A stretch of 64,000 nt of DNA from positions 1 through 64,000 of IMG/VR virus record IMGVR_UViG_3300037400_003374. One strand, given 5' to 3'. Below are positions 1-13,500 of the stretch, piece by piece (within the stretch, counting starts at the first letter, position 1; every line of letters begins with the position of its first letter). The position numbers and the translations under genes are program-made. This DNA is from a virus. Lineage: Duplodnaviria > Caudoviricetes. The notes under the pieces are model-generated. The model saw nothing but the letters and a program-made list of their open reading frames with translations, did not search any database and had not been told where the DNA came from.

Positions 1-2570
1 GTTTTTAAAGGAGTTATTAGAACTTCGTCAGTAGATTCTGATGATGGAGGCACACGCCAATAATTTATATTGGAATAATCCACACCATTAGATTGAAATG
101 AAGTCAAATCTATTCCTTCAAAATTGCTTTTTAGCCTATCTACCACTTTAAAAAACTCAGCAGCAACCTAATCATTTTCGCCTTTTTCCATAAATTTTTC
201 TACATTTGTATTAACATCAGTCTATTTGCCTTCCAATGCATGAATTGTTGCAATATTAGAAGGGTTATAATAGACAAAACTTAAATCATCTAAGTGCTCT
301 ATAATTTGGTCTAAATAGTCACTTACATCAACAGCTAAATGCTATTCAACATCTCCTTCAACATTTGCAGTATAAACTAGAGGAGTTTCTGCTTCATAGT
401 ATTTATCCCCATCCCATATGAATTCTACATGCGCGGTACTTGGCTAAACAATTTTAGCATTATCATAGCTAATAGTAAATGTATCTTTAAATAGGTCGCC
501 ATAATCATGATAATTATCAGGCTGCCAATAACCTTCGCGCAATGCCGGTCCCATCATACGTTCAAACTTACTAATTTCATTCATTTTTTGTTCTATGAGA
601 TTTTTTTCATAGAAAAGTAAATCAGGCGAAGAATTCTAATCATTTAATTGCGCAAATTGATTTACGAAGGCGGGATTAATTATATCACCTTCGAGGTAAA
701 TTTCGATATCACTGAATGCCGCACGGCACTAGTCCGCGCGATCACTTTTGGTAGTATCTTTTATATTAAAAGGCTCCCCTGATGGCGATACTACCGCAGG
801 TGGCCAGTTAGCAATGCCTAGGCGGCATTCGTCTACCCTCGCATATCCAGTACGGATACCATTTAAATACCATTTATAATCAATAACCCTATTTTCCGCT
901 TTCTCAGCCTCAGATTCATCAATAGCTTTTCTTTGCGCCCAAACCTTTTGAATATTGTCATAAGCAAGCGTTGGATTGTAATATCCATCAAGCCAGAGAG
1001 TATCTCCCTCTTTTATTTGAATATCCGAAGTAATATGGTCAACTCTAATTAAATTATTAAATTCATTATAAACAAAATTACGAGAAGTAATCAAATTACT
1101 AAATGCGGACGCAGAGCCGGTATAGTTGTTAGTTTGATAAATTTTCAAACTAGTCTCTTCTACTCCGTCCCATCCAATAGTAATATAAAAACCATAGTCT
1201 TCCTTTTCTTTCACTATACAGGGCTTGCCCTTTAACGGAATACGATTAGTACTTCCAGTCAATTCTGCGCGTAATTTTCCCGCAGCTTCCCAACGTTCCT
1301 AATCTAATGATACTGCATTTCTATAGGTAGTTGCGCTAGCTTCAGCCTCAACCAACTAATTCTGCAGTACCCTAATTCGTTCTTGCGTCTAAATTATTCT
1401 GGCATTTAATTGATGAATTGTTGCTTCAAAATCTTCTATCTCTTCATACTATTCATCAGTTACGCCCTATATTTCATGCAAATAATCAAAATTTAATAAA
1501 TAATCTTCTTTTGTTTTATTCGCATCTACGTCCATAATAGTAACAGTATTGGAATTATAGTCAACGCCTTTTACAAACATTTTTGTAATAACATTACTAT
1601 TATCAACTGTACGATTAATTGAAGCAGAAGAATATGGATAGGTGAGGTCAACGTGCCCTTGAACGTCATATAAATAATTATTATAATAGATTACCTTCCT
1701 ACCAATAATTTGATAATGTTCATCATGTACATATTCATAACGACAAAATACGCCAAACTATTCTGCGATAGTTTGAGTAATATTATATATATTACTCTCT
1801 GAGACGTCAATAATACGGCATTTTTCACGAGTGGATTGAATATGGCGAGATTTCATCTTTCCATCTTCGCCAAGCTCCCATGAAGAAACATATTCGTCTT
1901 CATATAAAACATCGCTACGTTTAGATGTTATTGCTACAACCTTATCATTTACCTCATCGCGCCCTTCTTCATATAAAGAACTAAAAGCAGACCAGTCCAT
2001 CTGCAACTCATATACCCAGTTAGTTTTCCAATTTCCATCAGAGTCTTTAAATACTAAGTCATTCCAGAACTAAATATTATTTAGAGGCTGCTCTTCTATT
2101 AGCCCATTAAGTTCCCATTCTTCTAAAGCATTAGTATAGTTAGTTTCAGAAAGAGAAATTTTATATCCAAGTTTTCCAAGTTCATGAAATGCCAACCCTT
2201 CTGCCTTAACATTAATATCTACTGCATCAGCGGCATGGTCATGAGTCACTTCAGTAACTAGAAATTCTAATACAGCTTCGTCTTCTGTATTCTTATTAAA
2301 TATAACTTTTAATTTATGCATATTAGCTTCTAGCGGCTAGTTTTCTAAATGAAGCCACATTGGATTTGCAATACGTGTTGCACCGCTATAATAAAATTTA
2401 GGAATAGCAAAGCTTAATTCTTGCGTTCCGTCGTCGCGCAATACAACCTCCGGTTCCTATATCTAACCTTTACAATCCATAGTGGCCCACTTCAGGACAG
2501 ATAAAAACCTATCCTGAAGTGTCCAAATAGAAATTTCATAGCTGCGTACATTTTTATATTCACCAGCCAT
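1..2570 (-). CDS. Tail-associated (Tal/baseplate hub-like) minor structural protein, 3' end outside window; needs TAG=Gln
   Basis: ATG at 2570 with AAGGAGG RBS. Track ORFs 2070-2321, 1758-2006 and 729-1262 share one frame and are split only by TAG. Position after TMP and Dit-like gene. Confidence 0.72.
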
Positions 2571-2590
2571 GACAGAATCCTCCTTTTATC

Positions 2591-4519
2591 TCATAGATAC
2601 ATATTTTTAAATTCAAAATGTAAATCCTGCAGACCATTATTAACATCATGCGTAATTAAATACGCGTAATCGGGATGGGCTTCAGTCCATGCCTAAACTT
2701 GATAATAATCGTCTAAAACATTTCTTTCGTCTAAAATTAAGTAGCTACTTTTTACCATATCTCCAACATTTTCTTCCTATGTTAATAAGTAATTTTCTTT
2801 AGGTGTGCCATCAGCATTTGTACAAGCACTTCTAATCTATGATTCTAAACTTACATTTCCATTAGGGTTATCATATGATGTAATCTAATCCAGTAAAGCA
2901 ATATCTTTATAAGTAAATTTTCCAATCGCTAATCCAGTCTTTCCATCAAAGGTAAAAGAGGCAGGTAGCGCTTCGCCGTTGGCATCAACTAATAAAGACT
3001 GCATTCCGCGCTCTAAATCGCCACGTACTGCTGACAGGTCCATTGTTTCTGAAATAATGCCAGTGCCACCTCTACTGTCATATTTATTAATAAGCTTATT
3101 AGCCCATGCTCTAATAACCGGGTGACGAATCGTGTTACGAATTGTTTCTCTTATAGTTAGCCATGCGCTACCGGATTTAATTATTTCTTCATTATCAAAG
3201 ATTTCAATTACTTGATTATAACTAAGCCAAAAAGTAGGTAATGTGAATTTAAATTCATGTTTTTCTGAGGATTCTAATGTAATAGTATTATACGCGCCAC
3301 TAGTGGAATGTTTATTTTTAGGAGTAATAATATAATATGCTTCATTATTTTCACCCTATTGCCGAATTTCAGGCTAAAGGGTAAAACGCAATTTTATAGG
3401 CGATGGAGCCGTGCCAGCATAGTATAAGTTTGCAGTTTCGTTTACAGGTAAAGTAATACCAGCTACTGGCGCGCTAGACCCTAGCAATTCTGCGCCACCA
3501 ATTTTTCCACCATACCAAGTATTACTATCTTCGAATTTTTTAAAAGCAATAGTAGCACCTAAATAATACTTGTCATCATTCTTTGGGTGCGAGTAAGCAG
3601 ATTTCATTTGAGTTGTAGCGGCTTCATTACTTATACCAATATTATATTCTTCTTCAGTAATAACCTTTGCTATCCTTGCCCAAGTTTCATACTTAACAGA
3701 AGCATAAATATCCCCACCGAGGAAAACGTCAATTTTTGTTGTGCTTCCTAAGGGAATATGATCTTCATAAACAATTTTTAATGCGTCTTCCGATTCTCTA
3801 ATAGTTTGAAGCTTCCCGTTCGCATCAATCCACCGCTCTTCATAATACCCTTCAATAGTATTCTAGCGCCCCAAGATATTCTATTTTGCATACCAAAAAG
3901 GCTCATCCATAACAAGTTCCAAATCTATTTCTCCACGATAAACAGTGGTGCTTGTTGTTTTAAGTGTGGTATTCACATGTGAGCCATCTGCTTGTTCGCC
4001 GCCAGAGTAAAAAGGAACGGTAACCTCTGCTTCAAAGGGCAACAGATGAAGTTGTGGAGGATTTGCGACTCTAGCTAAAATTGCTCTATTGGGATGTTCG
4101 GCCAATATCAATTCACGAATTGAACCAGCTCGGAACCAATTTTTAAAGCTGTCTAGCTCTCTCTAAGTTATTCCATCGGTAGCCAGTGTAAATTGTATTG
4201 AGTTTGTATGAAAATAAGTACCCCAATAAAATTGGCCAGGGATTGTATCATAGGTAGAAGTTAAGTCCTCAAATGATGCATAAGCATCACGCTCCATTCT
4301 ATCTCCACTTGTAGTTGCAATTAAATTAAAGTCCTCAATAAAAACAGGTACTTCTTCACCATTTGAATTCTTTTTAGACCCATATGAAAAGCTAATAAAA
4401 GAGCGATTCATGTATGGCAATCTTTTATTACCATCATGAGTCGCTTTATATACTTGGGTACGAGGTGGAGTCAGAGACTCCACCTCAGTACCGTATAGAG
4501 TTGTATAAGTTAACGCCAT
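2591..4519 (-). CDS. Distal tail (Dit-like) protein, ~642 aa, TAG=Gln
   Basis: AAGGAGG RBS. Track ORFs 4163-4519, 3881-4111 and 3374-3607 are in one frame joined through TAG. Manual translation ends at TGA 2591. Directly follows the tape measure; N-terminus resembles siphophage Dit (FISFSYG...QFTLATDGITQRELDSFKNWF). Confidence 0.7.
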
Positions 4520-4526
4520 ACGCCTT

Positions 4527-7500
4527 TTACCTCCTTATACTGTTTGCGGCACTAGTTTTTCGAGCAATTCGCATCATTTCATTTAATGCCTGCTCGCCTG
4601 CACGACGAGCATCGTAATCATTTGCAATTTGTTGTACGTTCATATTTACTGATGCATTTTCTATAACAATAGCTTCGGATGATGCTTGTGCAGGAATAGC
4701 AATACCATCTTTGTAAGCTGTATTATAAGTATTTAAGAGTGTAATGAGAGAATTAGGTTTATTGGAAAGAATATTATCACGAAGAACCTTAGTCTACTCA
4801 GCATTAAATATAGCTTCAGGTCTTTGCTTGGTACCATCCAACCATGCAGGACCGGTCTAATAATCCATTCCGCCCTCTTTATACACTTTAGTATATATTG
4901 CAGGGTTCATATTAAAAGCATTTCTTGGTACCTTAGCTAAAGCGTATTTATATGCTATGGCGCTAGCCGATGATTCTGACGTATCTATTCCATATCCGAC
5001 AGCTGTACCACCAGCTCCGCTCCCAGTATGATACTTAATTGTAGCTTTCATTTTTGTTTCAGTTTTTTTAGTATTATTACTTGATGAATTACTTGCTGGA
5101 GCAGGCGCTGGTGCGGGCGCAGGAGCAGGTGCTGGCTACGCTGCGGCAGCCGCTGCAGCCGCTGCTTGACGCTATGCCTCTTCCGCTTGTCTATCCTTCT
5201 AATACTATAGACGAGCTGCGGTGCTAGCTTTGGTTAAGTCACCAGATTCATCATAAACCTAATCAAATATCTATTTATATTTTCCGCTACTATCATATCC
5301 TTGGCCGTACTCTCTTGTCATTGCATCGTTATAAATATTAAAATCATTTGTTTTTTCTTGTTTACGAGTAGCGTTTGCCAGTATTGCAACATCAGAATGA
5401 ACGTCACTTAAATCTTGACGATACTAAGTCCACTATTCTGCCTAGAATAAAGTGTCATTCATACCAGTAGCCGTTCCTAATGGAGACTTTGCCCAGAATT
5501 CTGAATTGCCCTGCATAATAAAATTAGTTATTACTGCCGCGGACTCATTCATTACTTCGTAAACATTATTCCATAAGAGGCCAAATTCCTTCTGGTAATC
5601 TAAAGTTTCAGTCATAAGCTGAATCTGGGTATCCATACGTTCAATCTATAAGTCAGATGCTTCTTGAATTGCATTAATTTGTTGTTGCTGCAAATCAAAG
5701 TATTGAGAACGTTCGTTGCTATCAATTTCAGACTAAAGATTAGCAATATCTGCGGCGCTACCGCCAGAACGTTGTAAAATAGCTAATCTGCGCCTCTACT
5801 GATTCAATGTATTCTCTTGCTCTTGATTATCGTACATTTCCTGTTCTTTATTAAGAGCTTCAGTCAAGCCTTCAATATACTTACCAGTAGATTCCTCTAG
5901 CTTATCACGTTCATCCTGCAATGCATCAATCTCGCGCTGGCGCATGTCCTCTATAGCCTTCATAACGTTTTCTTCAACTTCAAGCTAATTATCAACCATT
6001 TCCTGCAATAGCTCATTTTGTGTGGTTTGTAATTCTAATAAACTATTCTGGCCTTCCTGAATTGTATCCCAGAGGCTTTGTGTTTCCTACGCGAAATTAT
6101 CCATTCTATCGCGCCAAGCTTCAGTAGCTGCCTGATAATAGGATTCACGCTCTTCATCGGTCACATCTCCGCTATGATCAGCATCTAATAAGATTTGTTC
6201 TCCATTACTATTATATTGCATGTATTCATCAAAGCCATACTGCTTTAATATATCATACTTCTATTTATTAGTATAATTGGCTTTTCCGTTTTCGTCAAAT
6301 CCCATTAGATTGGTTAAGAAATTCATTGCGCCTTGCTGTCCATTCATTTCAACATCATTACGGAAATGTAACTAGCCATTTTCATCAAAAGTATAAAGCT
6401 TTCCGAGTGGTTCGTCCTTAAGTGCAGTAATACGTCTCTAGTAATAATCTTCCCTAGAAAGATTTAATTGCTCTTGCGCATCAATCTACTATTTTAATGC
6501 TGATATTGATTGTTTCTAGCTCTAATAATAATGTTTACCATTTTTACTAAAATCAGACTGAAGTTTAGACCTTAGCTGTTCTTCGTGTGTAATCTGCTTT
6601 TCTAACTTAGCAATTTCCTAAGTTAAATTATACCAACGTTCAACGGTCTTAACCCAGGCTTTGGGGTCAACAATCTTATTGCCGCCACCGCCGCCTCCGC
6701 CTCCGCCACCTTTAGCAAGGTCGGAAACAGACGCGCCTTTTAAGGCTTCCCACATTGCGCGTAATTCTTTTAATGCATTTAAGGCTGCTTGTGCACTAGC
6801 CATTGCAGGGCCGCCATTAACATTACCAGTAGCAAAAGATACTGCATTGCGCTCATTAGTAACAGCACGACCGCGCTCGCTAGACATTCCTTTCGTTAGT
6901 AAGGACTAAGTTTGTAAGTGATTGAATACAATAGCGTCATCGGCCAAATCTACCATTTCTGGGCCATTTTGACCCACTACAAAATAACGACCATTAGAAA
7001 CTACCAATTCTGGGCCAAGTTCACCCATTAAGGTTCCTTTTGCTATAGCATAATTATTGCGATTTGAAGTAGAACCCTTTGAAGTAAGATTACCTGTAGC
7101 CCCGCCGCCACCTCTTACAGTAGCCTAAACCTAAACTTTATATGGACCACCATGAACTAGTCTATCTAAAGCGTTTTTAATATTATTGATAACAGAAGTT
7201 GCACTACTAGAAGCGGTAATTGCAATTGATGCCTTCATAGCATCAACTTGTTTAGTTGCTTCTTCACCAGCATCTACTACTTTTTCTGCATCGCCTTCAA
7301 TTTCTACTGTAGGTGATTTCTTAGTAACTGCTTCTTTTGCATCTTCTACATCTTTTACCATACCTGAAGTGTCTGCGCTAGTAACAACAGTAATTTCAGT
7401 TGTACCAGTTTCTATTTCCACACCTTCATCAGGCGTATTGTTACCGGCATTTAGAGAACTAAGACCCTAAGCTAAGTCTGCATAAGGAATTGTTTTTAAT

Positions 7501-10500
7501 GTTTCTAATGCTGCAGCTATTCGCTCAAGAGCAGCAGCAAGCCCTTCTACATTGGTGCTAGGAATACTACCTAATTGAGTAACCATAGAAATCCAATCAG
7601 AATAAGCTTCTTGCTTGTCAGTTATGGTTGTATTCAGATCTATTATATTATTCGCAAATTCCTAAAAGCTTTGTGTATCAGAAAATGGTATATCTTGACC
7701 AAGGTTAGATAAAATATCTAAATTGCTCAGATCTACTTTAGAAAGTGTTCTTCCTTCTACCGTTAAAGCTTGTAAAGTTTTTAGATATTCTTTAACCGAT
7801 TTTCCCTATTCAGTTAAGAAAACTTTGTGTTGAGAATCGGTATCGCTTAACGCTTTTTCTAAAAGATTCTCGTGTCCTTGACTGCTCTTTAATATACCCG
7901 AAATATCTATGGCCTATTGCTCAACTTCGGAAATTGGATTTTCCACCACTGGAGTAACAGAAAAAGCATTATGAGCATTTGTCCATTCTTTCCATTTATC
8001 GTCTAATAAGTTTGTTAGTAACTCAATTTGAGTCTTTGGAACATCCTGTGCATTCAAATAATCTTGTATTGTTTTATGATCGCCCTCAATGAGCAACTAA
8101 GCAGGTATATCTACTGTTTTGGTAGTAATAGTTTCTCCGTCAGCATTAACTTCCTTCAATTGTAACTAATAAGAATCTGCTGAAATATTAGCAGTAGAAG
8201 CAGTAGCATTAACAGTATCTCCAGCGCTTATTCCGCTAACATCTGTAACCTTTTTTGTGCCAGTAACTTTAGCAATTATTAAATTCCCCGTTGTTGCATC
8301 TACGCTAGAAATTTCTACACTAACGGGATCAGAGTAGGACGGTTTCGCGCCTTCCTGTAATCCTACTTCTAAATTACTTAATTCACCTGTACCAGAGCCA
8401 ACTGGTATTTTATATGAGCTTAAGAAAGCAGCAATATTCTAAGCATCAGGATCGTTGCCTACATAGTTAAGTATTAAATTCGCAATCTGGCCCATAACCT
8501 ATTCAGTACTAGGAACTTCAACTACTGTGCCATCTGCAAGAGTAATAGTGCCAGTTGTACCTTTTACATTGTTGCCATTTAATGTAAGTTCACCAGTCAA
8601 TAGTGCATTAACGGCATCAGCTATCGTTACTTGATTTTTACCAATAGTAATTGTTCCAGCGGCAATATCGGTCTTGTTATTAGCATTTAATAATAAATTC
8701 GCTAATAATATCCCTACAGCTTTAGAATAGGTAGCGCCATTTTCTAATTGCATTGATGATACATCTGGTTTACCTGAAAAAGTTGCTTCTACTTCTTTAA
8801 CTGCGGCTTTTAAATGATCGTAGTCAATTGTTGATGGTAGGTCAATTCCGGAAGTATCAGGCTCACCATTAAATTTAAGTGTAAGAGCGTGAAGCTAAGC
8901 AAATACATCGTCAGCGTCAGGAATATCAACTTGAGTTCCATCCGCAAGTGTAATTGTACCAGTCCTACCTTCTACTTTATCACCGTTTAATATAAGGCCG
9001 CCGGTTAAAAGAGCATTTATAAAATCGGTTATTTTTATTTTATTTTCACCAATTACAATTTCGCCCTCTTCAACATTAGTATCATCATCAGAGTTTAATA
9101 ATACATTAGTAAGAATTAATCCTAAAGCTTTAGAATATTCTGCATCTTCTAAATTAATATTTTCAGTTGATGGACGATCATCATAAGATGCTTCTACTTC
9201 ATCAATTGCAACTCCCAAAGTATCATATTCAATGCCTTGTAAATAAACTTGAGATTTATCTGGCTTATCATCATATTTTGCTTTTATTTCACCAATTGTT
9301 GCATCTAATGTTTTATAAGAAATAGTCTATAAATTGATACCTTCTTTATTTGGCTCCTTGTTATATATTGCTTTAACTGTTGTAATGGCAGCATCCAGCA
9401 TATCATAATCAATTGGATTCAATGTTATTTCTGATGAGGGATCAACATCACCACTATATTCTGCATTAACCTTTTTTACATCAGCGTCTAACCGCTCGTA
9501 TGGCATAGGATTTAGTGCGCCAGTGTGATCTGGTGTAATATTACTAACATCAACCTCTACAGAAGTTGCACTGCCCTATACGTTTTCTAAAGGCTCAGTA
9601 ATACGAACTTCTTCGTTAGTAGTCAATTTTACGGTTGCGCCAGAAGCTAGGGTTAAATTTAATTCTTGTACAGTTCCTTCTCCAGAGAGCCCTTCAGTAG
9701 CTTCTTCTAAAGCCTCAGGAACACTACTAGCATCACCTGTTATTGTCTATGTTATAGGCGTCTGCTAACCAGCTTCTGCGTTTTCGTCTAGAGTTTCAGG
9801 TACGGTGTTTTCGCCAGCCTGAACTGTCTACTTCACCGTGTAGCCAATTTTTTCCTTCTACTAATGAATATCGGATAATAAATGCATCGTATCGGCATCA
9901 GGCTTGCTTGTGAAAAAGTTCTCTGGTTTATAATTTACTTTCCCAGTTTCAACATCAACTTCCATATCTACAACTGCAGAAGCTTTATATTTCATTGTAT
10001 AAGTTAGCGTATTATTTTCATCTTCTGCATTTGTTGCAGTATCTGTCCATTCTTTTCCAGAAAGCATAGAAGCAGTCTTAATAGCTGCCGCGATACCTTC
10101 TTTTGTAGTGGAAGTTACAGTGTAGTCTTCAACATGAGCTGTATATGTTACTTGGTCTTCTGTTATATCTACTTCAACTGTAGCGTCTATAGCTCCATGA
10201 TATGTGACCGCTCCAGTATCTAGGTTTATATCTTTTTTATCTCCAAGTAAGCCATCTAGCGTAATAGCAGCTTGTGCTTTTAAGGCCGTATCTTCATCTT
10301 CAAATTTTTTACCGTCAACTATAAATTTACCTTCAGAGTCGCGCTCTAGTACATAGCCATGTTTAAGAGTAAGATGCCAATCGCCAACATCAATTTCACC
10401 CTCATATCCAGTACCGCTTAGCACTTCTTTCATCGAAGCTGCGATTTCTTCCTCGTTATAATCTCCAGAAAGCATTGCTTTATATAAAGCTGCTAAGCTG

Positions 10501-13500
10501 GCATGATATAATTTAGCTTCTTTTTCAGTTAGCTTAGCTCCTTCTTTAGCATCTGTAAGCATTTTTCGTAGTGATATGCCATTAATATTTACATTATCTA
10601 AAGCTTTATATAAATCTGAATCCTCACCGAGATCATTAGCCATAGATAGGATCTCTTCTGCTGCTGTTTGCATGCCGGCTTTCCATATTACATATCCTTC
10701 ACTATCTACAATGAAATCCCCTTTATCATTAATTTCAAACATTTCGCCTAGATCAATACCATTGCCTTCTACATCAATATCTTTCAATTTTTCCATAGCT
10801 ACAATGACTTCTAGCAACTGAATCATACTATCAAGGATTTCAATCTAAGTATCTGCGATTGCGTCAATGCCTTTATCAACTTTACTCTTCATAGAATTAG
10901 CTCCAGAAGCTAGGCTAATTCCAAATTTACTTAAATCAACTTTAATGCTTCCATCAGCAGTAACTTTTAATGAGGCCGCACCTTTCTATATAGCCGCCGC
11001 GGCGGATTCCATACTACCATCTAATGAAATACCGGCCAACTCAATCGTCTATCCAGATACGCCTGCAATATGATTCATTTCATTAACAATATTGTACCAA
11101 TCTTGATAAGCAATTGAACCTTTTTTAACACCAGTCTGTAATGCTTTCCAAGCCTTACCCCAATTCTCAAAATAATTAAGAGGATTGTTCTAACCACTAG
11201 GAATAGCATTTTCCATAAACTTAAAAGATGAATCTTCCGTGGTTGCACGTTCTGCCTAAATTTCACGTAACAGATTTAATTCTTCTTGATACTATTTAAT
11301 TTTAGTATCATCATAGGTTTCGCCTTTTTTGATTGCTTCGTATACTGCACTGATTTCATGCAATATTTCTGCACGATCGCTCAAGCTATTAGCAAGAGCA
11401 TCCTAATCTTTTCCGGCTGCATCTGCTAACTCAATAATTAATCCTAAATCTTTAGCATCTGCTTTTAGGATTGCATCTAAACTGCCATCTGTGCCGTCTA
11501 TTAATTTTTGAATATATTTTGTGAGAGCACCATCATCTAATTTTTGACCATCTTTCGTGATAGGTGTAATATTCATTACCCAAGGTATATTAGTTTTATA
11601 ATTACGAGAATCTTCTGTTGCTGTAATTAATGTAGAATAACTTCCATCTTCATTATTCAAAATGGGACGGTTGTATAAATCTACATTTCCATTCATAGAT
11701 TCAAAGAAGTTTTTATATTGACCATAACCAGCAGCGTCGGTCGCTTTTGTAGCTAACTCTTTCTATAATTCCGTGGTTCTTGCCGCTGATGCAGTTACTG
11801 ATTTAAAATTCTCATTCGTTTCAATGAGTGATTCTTTTAAATCTTTAAATATTATCTAGCCCTAAATGCTATCAATATTTTTCATAGTATTATATAGCTA
11901 CAACGCTGAATCATTAGCTAACTTTAAACCATCAGTTGTCTCAGTAAAATCTAATTTTCCAAGCCCATGCTATGTTGCCCATTCCTATAATTTAAAAGCA
12001 TCTGTATTCTTTAAACTTCCAGAAATACCACCAGTGATTAAAGAAGTAATTTGAGATAGCGTATCTGCAATCGCGTCAGCTAATTCAGCAAGCTATTCTG
12101 GTATAACCGCACCAGCTTTCGCAGCAACATTGGCTACTTCAGTAATTATCTATGTAATATCTGCACCGAATTTTGCCATTTTATTCGCATCAAAAGCTAC
12201 AACGCCATCTTGAATTATTTGACCATATTTGCTTATTATAGCGTTAAAGGCCGGACCAAGTGTTTTCTATAAATAAGAAACATTAATAGCTTTACCAGGC
12301 TTAGCATCTGCCAACCCTTTAATCTAATTAGCAACATTTTCAATAATATTATTACTGCTATTATAGAATTCAACCATAGAATCGGCATACTTATTAAATG
12401 CTTCCTAATATTCTGGTGTACCTTTAAGTATTCCAAGGTCTCCCGCAAAAGTGTCAAAGTCAAAAATACGAATGCCGCCGAGGCCTGTTAAGCCAACAGT
12501 ACCTTCCTTAACAAGCTTAGGCAGTTCCTCTTCTAAATTACGGCCAAGTTTATTAAATAACTACGCTAATGTATCAAACGACATGTTCGCAGCATTCTCT
12601 AATGCATTCATTATATTCGTATTTTTCTAATCACGGGCCGTTAACATTTTAGCATAAGCATTGTTTAGATCGGTAGTAGTCCTAGCGGCATCTTCTTTCA
12701 TCCTATTATAAATAGCAGCATAAGCCTTAACCATATCAAATGCCGAATTTACCACGCCTGCTTGGTCAGCCATACCTAAAGAAACTAAAGCTTGTTTTAA
12801 TTGCCCAGTAACAGTTTGCATTGGAGTAACATCACTAAGCGCATTAAAGGCATCATTCCAACTTTTAAATGCATGTGAATAAATTTCTGTTAACTAATCT
12901 TCGGACAAATCCGGTTTTATTTCTTTTGCCAGTTTAAAGGCTCTTCCGCCACCTTCTAAAAGTACTGTTATAGCATTTTGTGCGGATTGCTATGCCTTAG
13001 CTACCGATTGCCCCATTAACTCATAATAAGCTTGAAGCTACCGTCCAAATTTATCAACATCTTTTTCTGTTTTTTCGCCTGATAAGAATCCATTAATGTC
13101 AAGATTTTTACTCGTCAAGTCGATAGTATTAGCTTTAATCCACTATTCTACTTCAGTTTCTTGAAGTACACCATAAGCTTGTAAATTTTCAGCCTATAAT
13201 CGTACATACTCGTTAATAATATCTGGTGAAATAGTAAAAGCTTCTAATGCTTCATCATAATATGAAATCTATTTTGTTGTAAGATTTTTACCACTAAGCT
13301 AATTATAAGAATCTACAAATGTTCCAATTTCTGCAAAATTATTAGTTCCAGTAGACAATAAAGATACGCCTTTAGAAATATTCTATAGATAAGAATCGGC
13401 AATTTCACTAATTTCTTTCTAAAATAATTCATTAACATCATAGCCTATTGCGGCTAATCTCTAATTAAGAGCGGCTAAATTAACTTTATTTCTACCCCAC

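Noticed and set aside
6661-7470. Plus-strand ORFs such as the poly-Pro 6661-6909 and 7186-7470
   Set aside because: Antisense shadows of the tape measure gene (poly-Gly read backwards); no RBS.
11075-12463. Minus-strand ORFs 11075-11266 and 12236-12463
   Set aside because: Alternative frames inside the tape measure gene with no RBS or protein-like composition.
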